Source: Dipteris shenzhenensis (Eukaryota). From it: a stretch of DNA of 64,000 bases. The stretch lies in assembly GCA_047967505.1 (NCBI GenBank), contig CM106538.1; one strand, written 5' to 3'. The notes under the pieces are model-generated. The model saw only the letters and a program-made list of their open reading frames with translations. It made no database searches and had not been told where the DNA came from. Both the position numbers and the translations under genes were made by a program. This document shows, in pieces, positions 37,438-50,099 of the stretch. Each line of letters begins with the position of its first letter. Within the stretch, counting starts at the first letter, position 1.

Positions 37438-40400
37438 GAGCTCCCTCGACGACGAGCTATGGCTTTTTAAAGGTTCCTGTGCCCTCCCATCTAGGTTCCG
37501 ACTACCCACAGTAAACCTGCGCGAATAAGCTCATCAACTGCCGTCTCCTTGCTGCTTTGATTAAACTAATCCGGCTTAACCGCTCTAGTGTCGCCCCCCT
37601 TTTTTTGTTTCTTCCCCGTCCGACTCTTACTGGTTCCTTTTGCTTGGTTCAAGTCCTGTCTCTGCCCCGAGTGTATAATCCGTCTCAGCTCACTATCTGC
37701 ACTGACTGTGAATATACTATCCCGACTGTATAATCCGTCTCGGCTCACTATCTCCCTTGATTTTATCGCTTTTGATCCAACTGCACTTTTTCAGCGCAGA
37801 CTCTTTTCTATGTACCGACTATCTTCATTTCTACTTCAACATGGCAAAACCAAATAAGCATTTTGCAAAGAGGGCTTTCTCTCCAAAACCCAAAGACATT
37901 CAAGGGAGACTCTAACCCCCCTAGCCCCTTCGTCTGAAGATGCTTCCTATGTGTTTAACATGCTGAATGAGGAATTTCAGCAAAGTAGAAGAGAAATGGA
38001 TGATGCCTGCTCTGAAACTCAATTACAAAATGAAGTTGCCTTCCCTTGTGCATCCTCTGAAGAAGCTCTCCCAGACTGCAATCATCATCTTTTTCCCTAG
38101 GAAACTCCCTTCGGCAAATGATGTGGGACAGTGGGTTAATTCCCTATTAGGTGGCTGCTATGTGGAAGGAGTTTATTTTGCCTCTCGAGGACTCTATGAA
38201 GTTCATCTCTTGGATGCCTTGAAAAAACAAAAGATGCTTGATTTTTTGGCCGTCAGATGGTGCAGATAGACCAACCCCTCCTATTGTTGTGGAGATTAAG
38301 GGTGTTAATATGGGAAAGAAATATTTCACTTTGAAATGGGGGATTTTTGCTAGAGCTTGTTTCTCTTGTCACAAGTTTGGACACTTAGCTTCTGAGTGCC
38401 CCTCTATCCTTCATCCTCCTCCAGCTGCCATTCCTCAGCCATCTAATAGCTGCTATGTGGAAGGAGTTTATTTTGCCTCTCGAGGATTCTATGAAGTTCA
38501 TCTCTTGGATGCCTTGAAAAAACAAAAGATGCTTGATTTTTTGGCCGTCAGATGGTGCAGATAGACCAACCCCTCCTTATATTGTTGTGGAGATTAAGGG
38601 TGTTAATATGGGAAATAAATATTTCACTTTGAAATGGGGGATTTTTGCTAGAGCTTGTTTCTCTTGTCACAAGTTTGGACACTTAGCTTCTGAGTGCCCC
38701 TCTATCCTTCATCCTCCTCCACAGCTGCCATTCCTCAGCCATCTAATAAAGGAGGTCAGAAGACATATGTGGAAAAGACGGAAGCCAAAGAAAGCCTTCA
38801 GTTCATACAGGGAGTCCCGCCATTTCAGCTCAAAGTAAGGATAAAGGAAAGGGCAAGCAAGTGGAAAATAATTCATCTTCTCATGAGGGATGGCAGCCTG
38901 CCAAGAAGACAATGCCTCTCAAACATAGACCTCTGCAATCTCGTAATTGGGATGCCTGCTCCTTCTCCTGGTCAACCATCTACCTCTTCTGATAGCCCAA
39001 TCTCAAAGGCATGGGTCAATGCAGTCAAGAAGGGTATTCCACTTTGTGAAGAAGATGATCTTGTCAAGGAATCAGATTCTGAGGGTCAGCAAGACCCTGA
39101 GGCAATGGCAGAGGCTTGATGCCTCCTTTTCTTTCTGAGGTTTATTTATTCCTTGTACATATTTTCATGCGTGATTCTCTTAAATTTGTTTCTTATAATA
39201 TACAGGGCCTTTGCAACCCGAATAAATGGAGGCTTCTTTGGCACTATGTAAATACAACTCATCTAGATGTTGTGTGTTTGCAAGAGCATAATCAACATTC
39301 TTTTGCTGGCCAACATGGGTTTTTTTCATGATATGATATATTCTATGCAAGCTCTGATCAATTCTCTGGGGTGTGCATTTTAGCCAGACATGATTTGCAA
39401 CCCTGTGTAGCATATAATGATCTTTGTGGCAGATGGATGATTATCCAATGCATGATCGATGGACAAAATTTTGAAATTGGTTCCTTGTATGCCTCTCAAA
39501 CTTTAGCTTGTAGAGCTCAAATGTGGGATTCCATAAAGCAATATCCTTGGTCCACTAATGCTATACATTGTGGTGATTTCAATAATTCTCCTCAGTGGAA
39601 GGACAATACTACTCATAAATCTCATATGCTGCCCTCTGAAATTCTCTGAAACTCAATAATGGGAAGATTTGATTACATCACTTCATGTTGTAGATTTATG
39701 GATAGCAACTTACCCTTCGGTTTTGGGCTTTACATATTATCATAATGCTTTTACAGAGTATTGGGCCAGGCTTGACAGATTGTATCTTATTCATGCTCAG
39801 CAATATGATGATTATACATGTCAAATGTGGACGGACTATTCTTAACAATTGTCTGATCACACTCCTCTTTGGCTGAACTTTTCATTTGGTATGCCTCTAG
39901 ATGATATGCAGCTCTCTCCAAACACTTGCATGTCAATCAATTATATCTTTCTCATGAAAAATTCCAGCAAATGAAATGGCTTGCAGGCCATTGTTATCAC
40001 ATGCTTGGGAGGACATTGACTTTTCTTGGAACTCTTTTGTCCATCGCATTCAAAATGTCATTAAGGATTATGGAAGGTGGTACATGGCAGAAACCAGGCA
40101 TTAAATCCGATGGGCAAAATCACAAAAGTAGTCCTTGGTACAAATTAGCCATCAAAGGTCTCTTTCCTCTTCTGAATAGGGTTCATTGTCTTGTGCTTCT
40201 TCCATCATTGATGCCAATGATAAACGCAAGCTTTCCAAATGGCAGACAAGGGCTATAGTTAAGCCTTTGCTAGATAAGGACTGTTCATCAAAATATTTTT
40301 CCTGGAATTTGCATGCACAAAGACAAAGTCAATCTATCATGAGAGTCAGAAAACCAGATGGTACTTGGACCCAGACTTTATCTCAGCTTGAAAAACAATG

Positions 40401-43400
40401 TCTGGATGATTTTTAGCTTCTCTTTTCTCAGCCATCGTCTTCTACTCCTCAGGTTCAATTGGCTCGGAGCAAATTTATTGATCTTGTCTCTCCTATTGTT
40501 TCTTTGCAAAAAGCTTCATTGCTGGAAATGTCTTTTTTAGATATTGAATTGGATGATGCTCTCAAGCATTTGGGTAAACATAAATCCCCTGGCTGGGATG
40601 GTTTGACAGTTGAATTTTTTGTTTCCTTTTGGGCTGAATTGAAGGGTCCAATCTTGCAGCTCATTAATGTAGCCTAGCAGCATCAACATCTTCCTTCTGC
40701 TTGGAAGTATGGTTTGGTCAAGCTTGTGCCCAAAAAATTCCTCTGTGAGACTATGGCTGACTGGAGACCCGTCACTTTGATGCTTGTTATATATAAACTC
40801 AGGGATGCCCTCTTAGTGCTTTGCTCTATACTATTGCTTCTCATCCTTTGCTTCTTTATATGGATCATCTGGTTGATACTGGACAGCTTATGGGGCTACA
40901 GATTCCTGGCTCATGGCCTTTTATTGCACAAGCTTATGCAGATGATTATTTCTTCATGCCAAAGAATTGTCCTCTGGAGCTTTGCTTATTGATGGATACC
41001 CTTTCTGATTTTGGTTTGGCCCACTGGTCTAAATATTAATTTTCAGAAATCAAAACTCTTGCCTCTCAAGCTTTGTGACTGGCATGCTCTTCTTTGGCCA
41101 TGTCAGATTGTTCATCCTAAGCACATAGTAAGGCCTTTGGATTATCCAATTGGCTAGAAAATAAGCAATAAGCAACAAATGTCTTGGGTATTCAACAAAA
41201 TTCAGGACAAATTAGAATATTGGAAGATCTCCACTTGGCCTTTGCATGTTCGGTTGTCCAGTCCATTGTTTTGGCTTCTGTCTAGTTTTACTTGCCTTTA
41301 CTGCACTGGTCATCTCGAGATCTCTCTTCTTTTATGTCTGAAGCCATAGAGATTTTTTGGAAAACTAAGCTGCATAAAAAAGCTTTGAGGTTACTCAAAA
41401 TGGACCTGCTTTGCTCTCCAAAGATGCATGGAGGTTTGAATATTCTAAACATCAAATTTCATGTGTTGGCAAGAAAGCTCACTATGCTCAGCACGTTTTT
41501 TCAGCAAGAGCAGCCATGGTCTATTAGGTTGGCAGTTATGTGTGGCCAGATGCGCTCAAATGCTTATGGTCATTAACTCACTGATCCATGGGAAGTAGGC
41601 TTACTATGCTCAGGACGTTTTTTCAGCAAGAGCAGCCACGGTCTATTAGGTTGGCAGTTATGTGTGGCCAGATGCGCTCAAATGCTTATGGGCATTAACT
41701 CACTGATCCATGGGAAGTAGTACTTAGCAAGTTTTAAGGCAAAATACCTGGCTGTCCATTTTCTACTGCCTTGATTCAGGATTGCAAGCATGTGCTCTCT
41801 CGCATCAAATGGTCTCCCCATCCTTCTTCTATAGCTTCATCTCTTCGATTGGAAAGCCTTCATTGGAGTGCTATTTTTTACTCTCCTCTTGCTATACAAC
41901 AACCAATCAGGGCTTACAATCTCATGAAGTTGGGCATTCAGTTCATTGATGATGTGGTGGATATTCATGGGCATATTCTCTCTTTTTCGGCAACTTGTCA
42001 ACAATACAATCTTGGGATGCATCATAGACCCATATGGAAAGTTATTGCAGATCTCTTACTCCCTTTTGTTCCGATTCCACCATCGGCAGTAAGAGACAGG
42101 CTTCAAGATTGGCATCTTCAGTCTTTAAGTCCGGGCTTATCCTCTCAACCTTTGCATTTACTAACTTCCATATAGGCTTATAGATTGATTTTACCTCCTC
42201 CATGGATTGCTCATCATGCCAATTCTCTGTGGCATCTGAATAAGTCTTTATCCTGGTGGAAAGCAAACTTGAAATTAATTTTTTTTTGCGCAAAAACTAG
42301 TGCTAGTTATATTACTTGAAAGCGAGAGTACAAGAAGGCCTGAAGGCCAGCGGGCTGTAATCACAAAACGGAGTCAGCCCGAGAAGTCAAAAAGCTAAAT
42401 ACAAGCCTCCTAGGGCATAATCATCGGAGAGTGGACAAACAACCACGGTGGAGGGGCGTAATGCCACTGAAGACTCTGAGTGGAGTGCTGGAAGAATAAC
42501 TCCCGGTGGTCCCAGTCGCGAAGGAAACGTCGTCTCTTTTCCTTCCCTGCCCGGGACTCTCCCTGAATCTGATCCCACTGACCCTTGAGCATGTGAATGA
42601 TCGTGCTCCAGATATCTGCGAGGGTCTGGGTGGTAGAAGAAGTCTGAGCTCCTACAGTCTGCGCGCATCTGGAAGTCCAGATATGCCAGCCTGTGATGCT
42701 CCCTATGATCTCCCAAACTGGGTGCCGAGGCGTCGCTCCTGCATCTGTCTCTGTCAAATGCCACGGGAAGCTGTCCATGTATGCCCAAGTGGCCTGCATG
42801 ATGAAAAAGACGGGATCCTGTCTAGAGAACTCATAGGCCAAGTGATGTCCCGGCTCAATGCTGCACCAACAAACGGCTCCCCAAGTGATCGGTCCTAGCT
42901 CGGGTGTAGCCCTAGCTAAGATCCCCATGATTCCCTTCCAAACCGTCTGCGCGTGCGAGCAGCTCCAAAGGCAAACTTGAAATTAATATGGAAGCTGAAA
43001 ATGCCATTAAAGTAGAGACTCTTTTTCTTGAGATGCATTGTTGGTATTTTTCCAATGGGAGTGAAATTGGCTCAAAGAAGGATTGCCTCTCCTCTTTGTC
43101 CAAGATGTCATCATGCTCCTGAGAGTATTCAACACTCATTGTGGTTTTGTTCATATTCCAGAGACCATCTGGACAGGATCACCTATTTTTTATCTCTCAG
43201 ATTTCCGGTGCAGAGGTTCTTGAGGTTTTTCTAGATGTTTGGTAGATTACCAGGTCCTTTGTCCAAGTACTCTCTTCTCTTCCATTGGATCAGATACTGG
43301 GCATTGTGGACCCTCTGGCTTCAGCGAAATCATGCATTTCTGAATTCATCTCTTCAGCACCCTTATGAGTTCTTCTGGGCCTCATTGCGGTAGTCCTTAT

Positions 43401-43561
43401 ATGATGCCTTGCATGAGGAGGATTTGGATGTCTCTTGCATTGAGCTTTTCTTGTACTGTTTCTGATGGATAGGGCATTGGCTTTTTTCTGGAGCCCTGCC
43501 CTGTTGTAAAATGGTTGTTTCATAATATAATGTTCTTAGTTTCACGAAAAAAAAAAAAAAA
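37434..43561 (+). mobile_element. L1-clade LINE, near full length but decayed
   Basis: ORF1 about 37841-39119 with CFSCHKFGHLASEC knuckle (295-bp internal duplication). ORF2 from 39167: SYNIQGL, VVCLQEH, GDFN, KSPGWDG, WRPVTL, AYADD, CPRC..ESIQHSLWFC. RT core deletion near 40800; A15 tail at 43547-43561. Confidence 0.92.
42280..42970 (-). mobile_element. 5'-truncated LINE nested antisense in the L1
   Basis: 17-bp TSD gcaaacttgaaattaat (42263-42279 and 42971-42987); poly-T at 42280-42287; open 172-aa ORF2 C-terminus (WHIWTSRC). Confidence 0.9.
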
Positions 43562-44419
43562 GTGTGTGTTAACATTAGAAGAAACATCATTTAGGTCCAT
43601 GCAAGCAATGCTCAAATTCAACATTAATCACAATCTCGGGTTAATCACTGCAGGCCATGCTCAAATTCCACATTAAGCACAATCTCGTAGTCCAATGTTA
43701 CTTACAATGTTAATCTCTAGAAAGCTCAACCTATTTCACCAATAGTAGGAGAGCTGAATGTGTTTTTCTATTGTGTTTGGTGACTTGAAAAAGTGGGATC
43801 CTTATCAAGCTCCCTAGCCTCCAGTGCAATTACCTGATTTTAACACCATCTCTCATGCTAAGGAGTTTCCCTAGCATTGTCTTTTTGGAAGGTACAATAT
43901 ATTATTGATTGATTGGACGTTGGGGGGTGCTGAACTTGTCTTAGTGCAGTTATTTCTCATATGTTCATGTTGTCATTTATCAAATATTTTACATGGTTCA
44001 CTTTAATGATGATCTTGTAGCACAAATTTGATTTCGTACAACGTTCCAAAAGGCAAATGTGCAAATCAAACTCTAGTAAGCACCGCATACAAATAAAAAT
44101 TGGTGAGCTATAGTTTGAAAACCTCAGAACATTTTGAGGTCCACATTCATAGAAATTGCTGATTCATTTCTGAAAGCTTAAGATTCAGAATACTTAATAG
44201 TTGTTTTATGCCACACGGAAAGGCAACTTGCTATAACATAAACCATGATTTGACTCAATTTCATCCTCCTCTGAATACACCTCACCATTCTATCCATCAT
44301 TCGAGCAAAAAACTTTTCAAATAGGAGCTATTATAGATACGCTAGCGAGATGATAGTACTTAATAATACAAATTTTGACATGTATATGTGTTCCCTTGGG
44401 TGTATTGGGGCACAAAATG

Positions 44420-44812
44420 TGCCCACATAACCCATCTTTCTTTGCACCAATTGGTATGCCTTGTGACATCCAATGCAAATTTGGGGCATACCCTTTGTAT
44501 GTTTGTTTTTGCTTTCTGAATATCCTGTACTACCAACCAAAATGTAACACACAATCCCATCAAAGTCGGTTCAGACATCCATGCTTGTTCTTTTAGCCTC
44601 ACTCCTTGACCTTGTATTCCTTGACCTTGTCCTCTTCTTGCTGCATGTGAGCATCTGCATAGATGTTACACATCAAGACGTGGGTTGCAGCATCCTTTTC
44701 ATCCAAATGCACTGAATGTTCAAAGGCCAGTCTTCCAAGCTCCACCTTGCCCGACTTTCCACAAGAACCAAACACCATATGCAACACCACAAGATTAGGA
44801 TGGAAAGGCATC
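44420..44812 (-). repeat. Tandem duplicate of the PPR E-domain and 3' flank (~350-bp unit)
   Basis: MPFHPNLVV...ATHVLMCNIYADAHMQ repeats 44965-45162, together with the downstream non-coding sequence. Confidence 0.85.
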
Positions 44813-44964
44813 AATTGGTATGACTCATGACAACCAATGCAAATTTGGGGCATACCCTTTGTATGTTTATCTTTGCTTTGTGAATTTCCTGTATCACCGA
44901 CCAATATGAATTCACAATCCCATCAATGTCACTTCGAATTTGTCACATGCTTCTTCTTTCACCT

Positions 44965-47368
44965 TCATTCCTTGACCTTGTTCTCTTCCTCCTGCATGTG
45001 AGCATCTGCATAGATGTTAGACATCAAGACATATGTTGCAGCATCCTTTTCATCCAATTGCACAGCATGTTCAAAGGCCAGTCTTCCAAGCTCCACATTA
45101 CCCCACTTTCGACAAGAACCCAACACCATATGCCAGACCACAAGATTAGGATGAAAAGGCATATTCTTCAGCATCACTACTGCCTGGTCTAATTGGCCTG
45201 CGCGGCCAAGGAGATCAACCATGCCAGTGTGATGCTCAATAGTTGGAATGATGCCATAGTCTTTGCTCATGGTTTCAAAATACTTCTGCCCCTGATCCAC
45301 TAGACCCGTGTGACTGCATACAGTAATAACGATAGAGAAAGTAACCCCACCTGGCTTTACCCCTTCTGCTCTCATTCTCTCAAGCATATGGAAAACAGTT
45401 TCACTTTCTCCTCGCTGGGCATATCCTGTGATTAATGCATTCCATGAGACCTCATTTCGGATTGGCATCTTGTCAAACACTTCCTGTGCTTTTGCAAGCG
45501 AGCCACATTTGGCATACATATCCACCAAGGTGCTGCCAATAAAAATATCTCTTTCCAACCCCTTGTTCACGATTTCAGCGTGTATTTCTCTGCCCTTGTC
45601 TATAGCTCCCATAATCCCACAAGCTTTCAATCTGCAAACAAATGTAACAGCATCTGGAGAGAACCCCTCCAGTTGCATCTGTCCAAAACAGTTTAAAGCT
45701 TCCTCATCAAGCCCATGCTCAGCGTATCCTGCAATCAGTGCAGTCCACAAGACCTCATTTCGAATCAGCAGCTTGTCAAACTCTTCACGTGCTTTCACAA
45801 GCAAGCCACATTTGGCATACATATCCACCAAGGCATTACCAATTAAAAGATCTCTTTCGAGCCCCTTTCTCGCGATCTCCACATGTATTTCTTGGCCCTT
45901 GTATATGGCTCCAATGCTGCCACAACCTTTCAAGCTGCAAACAAATGTGGTAGCGTCTGGAGAGAGACCTTCTAGTTGCATCTGTTCAAAACAGCTCAGT
46001 GCTTCGTCACCAAGCCCATGCTCGGCATATCCTGCAATGAGTGCAGTCCATGAGACCTGGTTTCAAACTGGCAGCTTGTCAAATGCTTCCCGTGCTTTTG
46101 CAATCGAGCCACATTTGGCATACATATCCACCAAGGTGCTGCCAACAAAAACATCTCTTTCGAGTCCCTTCCCGGCAATCTCCACCTGTAATTCTTGGCC
46201 CTTGTCTATGGCTCCTATGCTGCCACAAGCTTTCAAGCCGCAAACAAAGGTGACACCACTTGGAGAGAGACCTTCTAGTTTCATCTGTTTAAAAAGATCC
46301 AGCGCTTCTTCATCAAGTCCGTGATCAGCATATCCTGCCCTTAATGCATTCCACGAGACCTCATTTCACACTGGCAACTTGTCAAAAGTTTCCTGTGCTT
46401 TTGCAAGCAAGCCACATTTGGCATACATGTCCACCAAGGTGCTGCCAACAAAAAGACCCATCTCTAATCCTTTTCTGGCAATCTCTGTGTGTATTTCTCG
46501 GCCTCTTTCTGCATCTTTCAGCCTACCACAAGCCTTCAATAGGGCCACGAAAGTATAACTGCTAGGACCTACAGAATCCTCTTGCATTTTCTGGTAAAGG
46601 TTGAGGGCATGCTGTGATTCCCCACATTCAATATAACCCATGATAAGAGAAGTCCAAGAATACACGTTCCGATCAACCAACTTATTAAAAACCCGCTGAG
46701 CATCACACAAGCTTCCAAGGTGGACAAGCATTGGGACGAGGTAGTTCCCAAGAAATCTGTGATCTTCCAGCCCCCTTTTACGAATGTAGGCATACAAGCG
46801 CTAGGTACACGCTAAATTTTTTTGGTTTTGCACTTAAGCAAGATGCATATAAGGTTCTCAACTGAAGGCAGCTGGGGCATCCGTTCCATAGACGTGAGTG
46901 CCTCCTCTAAGCTGATAGATCCCCAGCCAGTCTTCTCTCGCAGTTCTTGTGCCTTGAAAATATTCACCTGTACTCCAGACCGGGCCTTGCCACAGTCCTC
47001 GACCAAGCCATAGGCTTGGGCCTGACCAGTGGATGCTTTGGCCTTTTTCTGGAGCATGTCTTTATCCCAACCCGGATTGTACGAGACGTCTATGCGTCGC
47101 GACTCCTTGGTCATCGTAAGCTTGAAATCTGAAGATCTTGGATTTGTCTATCGTTAACATTCACAACAGAACCGTCAGACTAGCCAATGTACAGTTCTAC
47201 CTGTGCAAATCATTCAGTTCACACTCGTCGCACACTTACTTTGCCCTTCAGGTTGTCACAAAACGGGGAGGCATCCGTGAAGTAGCACCCTGTGCCTGAG
47301 CTACCTAACCACAATGAAAACCGTTTCAGAACTGCCACGACCGCTCGACTGTCCTTGGTGGAAGCCAT
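44965..47368 (-). pseudogene. PLS-class (E-type, no DYW) pentatricopeptide repeat gene, disrupted
   Basis: Repeated LVDMYAKCG / VSWNALI.GYA triplets; E1/E2 motifs (VVWHMVLGSCRKWGN, ATYVLMSNIYA). Probable exon 1 47368-47240 with intron 47239-47148. Frameshift in an A-run near 46820; stops near 46802, 46366 and 46063. Confidence 0.9.
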
Positions 47369-47739
47369 CTGAAAGCTAGGACTTGATAGCCTGCGCAGAT
47401 GAGCTGCCAACCAGTCGGCGTGTGGATCTCCGCAACGAAAAGCATGCGGCGTACGCACCAAAATAGGGCTGCATAGTTTCGTTGAGGTTGAATGGGATGC
47501 ATGACAAAGATCCCCGTCTTCTCCTCCTCCTCCTCCTCCTCCTGCTGTAAGCGAGTTCATCATCAACTTCGCGATAGCAAAGAGGGCAAAGATATCAATG
47601 GGCGTGTGTCGCAGAGTAGAAAGATTTGATGGTGAATTTCGGATTGGAAACAAAGGAGCATATCGTGGGCCTTTAATAGTGGAAACAAGGGAGCACATCG
47701 TGAGCAAGCTGTCGATGCATCGAATGTGCAAGAAATGGT

Positions 47740-49721
47740 GCCACCAGGTACTCCCACAGGTACATAATCAAGGGCAAATGATGGATCATCTATTGGTGGC
47801 AATGATGAGCCAAATGTGGTTGATATGCAGGCGGGACAGCAATCTGAAATGTCTTAAGAAGAACATCTAGAGTGTCTACACCTGAGAGATTTGTTCCAGG
47901 GGTAGACTATGTGATGCTTACTGATTGCGGGGAGTCTACACCTGAGAGATTTGTTCCAGGATCAACGCAAGTGGGAGTATGCTATGCAATCAGAGATGAG
48001 TTCACTCATAAAGAATAAGACTTGGGACTTGGTTTCTTTACCACATGGAAAGAAAGCATTGCCATGTAAATGGGTCTACAAGATGAAGGTCACAGGTGAT
48101 GACGTGCCTAAGTACAAGGCCCGTTTGGTTGCTAAAGGGTTCAAGCAAGAGAAGGGTGTGGACTTTGATGAGATATTCTCTCCAGTTGTGAAGATTACCA
48201 CACTTAGATGTGTACTTGGACTTGTGGCGATAGAGGATATGGAGCTTATGCAGATGGATGTCAAGACAGCTTTCTTGCATGGGGATTTGCATGAGGAAAT
48301 TTACATGGTACAGCTGGAAGACTTTGAAGAAAAGGGCAAAGAGCATTTGGTTTGCAAGCTGAAAAAGAGTCTCTATGGCCTTAAGCAAGCGCGTAGAGAA
48401 TGGTATCACAAGTTTGATGCTTTTATTCGATCCCAAGGTTTCACAAGAAGTGAGATTGACCACTGCCTCTACACTAAAAGGGCTAAGGATAATAGCCTCA
48501 TACTTCCGGCACTTTATGTGGATGATATGTTATTGGCTAGCAAGAACACTTATGAGCTTGATGCATTGAAGGCCAAGTTGCATGAGGCCTTTGACATAAA
48601 GGATTTGGGACCTACAAGTCATATTCTTGTTATACGCATCACGCGTGACCGGCGTAGGAAACTCCTTTGGCTTTCACAAAAGGAGTATGTTACAAAAGAG
48701 TTGTAGCGTTTCAATATGGAGGGGGGCAAGGCAGTAAGTACTCCATTGCCTCCATATGTGAAACTGAGTCAGGCAGATAGTCCCAAATCAGATGAGGAGA
48801 GGGCCATGATGGCCAAGGTTCCTTATGCATCAGCAGTTGGGAGTCTTATGCATGCTATGATAGCTACTAGAACGGACATTGCATTTGCACTAGGAGTTGT
48901 TAGCCGGTATATGGCTAATCTTGGAAAGAGGCATTGGGAGCAGTTAAGTGCATCATGAGGTACATGAAGGGTATCAAGGAGGTGTGTATTTGCTTTAGCA
49001 AAGGAGAGATGCGTGTATTTGGGTACACAAATTCAGACTATGCAAGGCATGTGGATAGCAGGAGATCCACTTCTGGTTATGTGTTCACCTTTGGAGGTGG
49101 TGGTGTCGTGGATGTCTCGCAAACAGAAGTGTGTTTCTTTGTCTACCACAGAGGCCGAGTATGTTGAGCCACAAAGGGTTGCAAGGAGGCTATATGGCTT
49201 GATCGGCTAGTGAGAGATTTGGGATTCATACAGGTGTACCGACATTGCATAGTGATTCCATGAGTGCTATTCAACTAGCACGGAATCCGGGGTCTTTCAT
49301 GCAAAGACCAAACACATTGAGGTCAGGTACCATTTTATCAAGGAGGTACTTGAGGACAAGCACATAGAGCTTGTCAAGGTTCATACAGATGATAACCCTG
49401 CAGATATGCTGACAAAGAGTCTACCTAGTCAACGGTTTGAGTATTGTCATGTATTAATGGGCATTGGATAGTATGCTCATTGGTTGTTTTCCCTTAAAGG
49501 CACATTGGCCTTTAAGTGGGAGGTTGTGGGGGTTAATTTAGGCCACTGTACCTTAATCTCGGTTAATTACAATACTCAAAACACATATATATATGGATGA
49601 CATAGAAGATTAGGGTGTTCCGCACCCACCAAAACTTGTATGACTCTCTCTTCTGGATCTCCCTCTCTCTCTCACCTTCTTCCATTCCACTTCCGTTGTT
49701 GAGATCTCTCAAAATCTAACA
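47740..49721 (+). mobile_element. 5'-truncated Ty1/Copia retrotransposon (RT, RNase H, PPT, 3' LTR 49525-49721)
   Basis: YKARLVAKGF, QMDVKTAFLHG, LKKSLYGLKQA, LYVDDML, KHIEVRYHF, NPADMLTK; PPT aagtgggagg; LTR TG...CA. Confidence 0.93.
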
Positions 49722-50099
49722 TAGAGGTAAGCCAAGGAAGGCAAAGGCACTTGGCCTTAGGCTCTTAACTTGTTGAGAAGCATGGGACATGGACAATCAT
49801 CAACTATTGGCACCCTTTGATCGAAGCTTAAGCACTTGACACTGTACATTGACATATATGGCAAAGAGCCACACCTTAGGGATGTGCCTTTGCACTTTGC
49901 AAAGATATTATATTGGCACTATGTGTAAGGACTCCAATATACTTCTCCTTATACATGGACAAACACATGAAGCCTCAGACAGATGTTGTATTAACACAGA
50001 AATTCTCTTAGTGTTTTGGTGGGAGCATAAGAGACAATGCAAGATCACATGGAGAAGCTTGTTGTGGTGGAAAACAAAGCATGTGTTAAGATCTAGTTC

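Noticed and set aside
45428-46324. 298-aa plus-strand ORF
   Set aside because: Antisense shadow of the PPR repeats.
46063-46368. PPR stop codons repaired by U-to-C editing
   Set aside because: Reverse editing is established for organellar transcripts, not nuclear mRNA, and the gene also has a frameshift.
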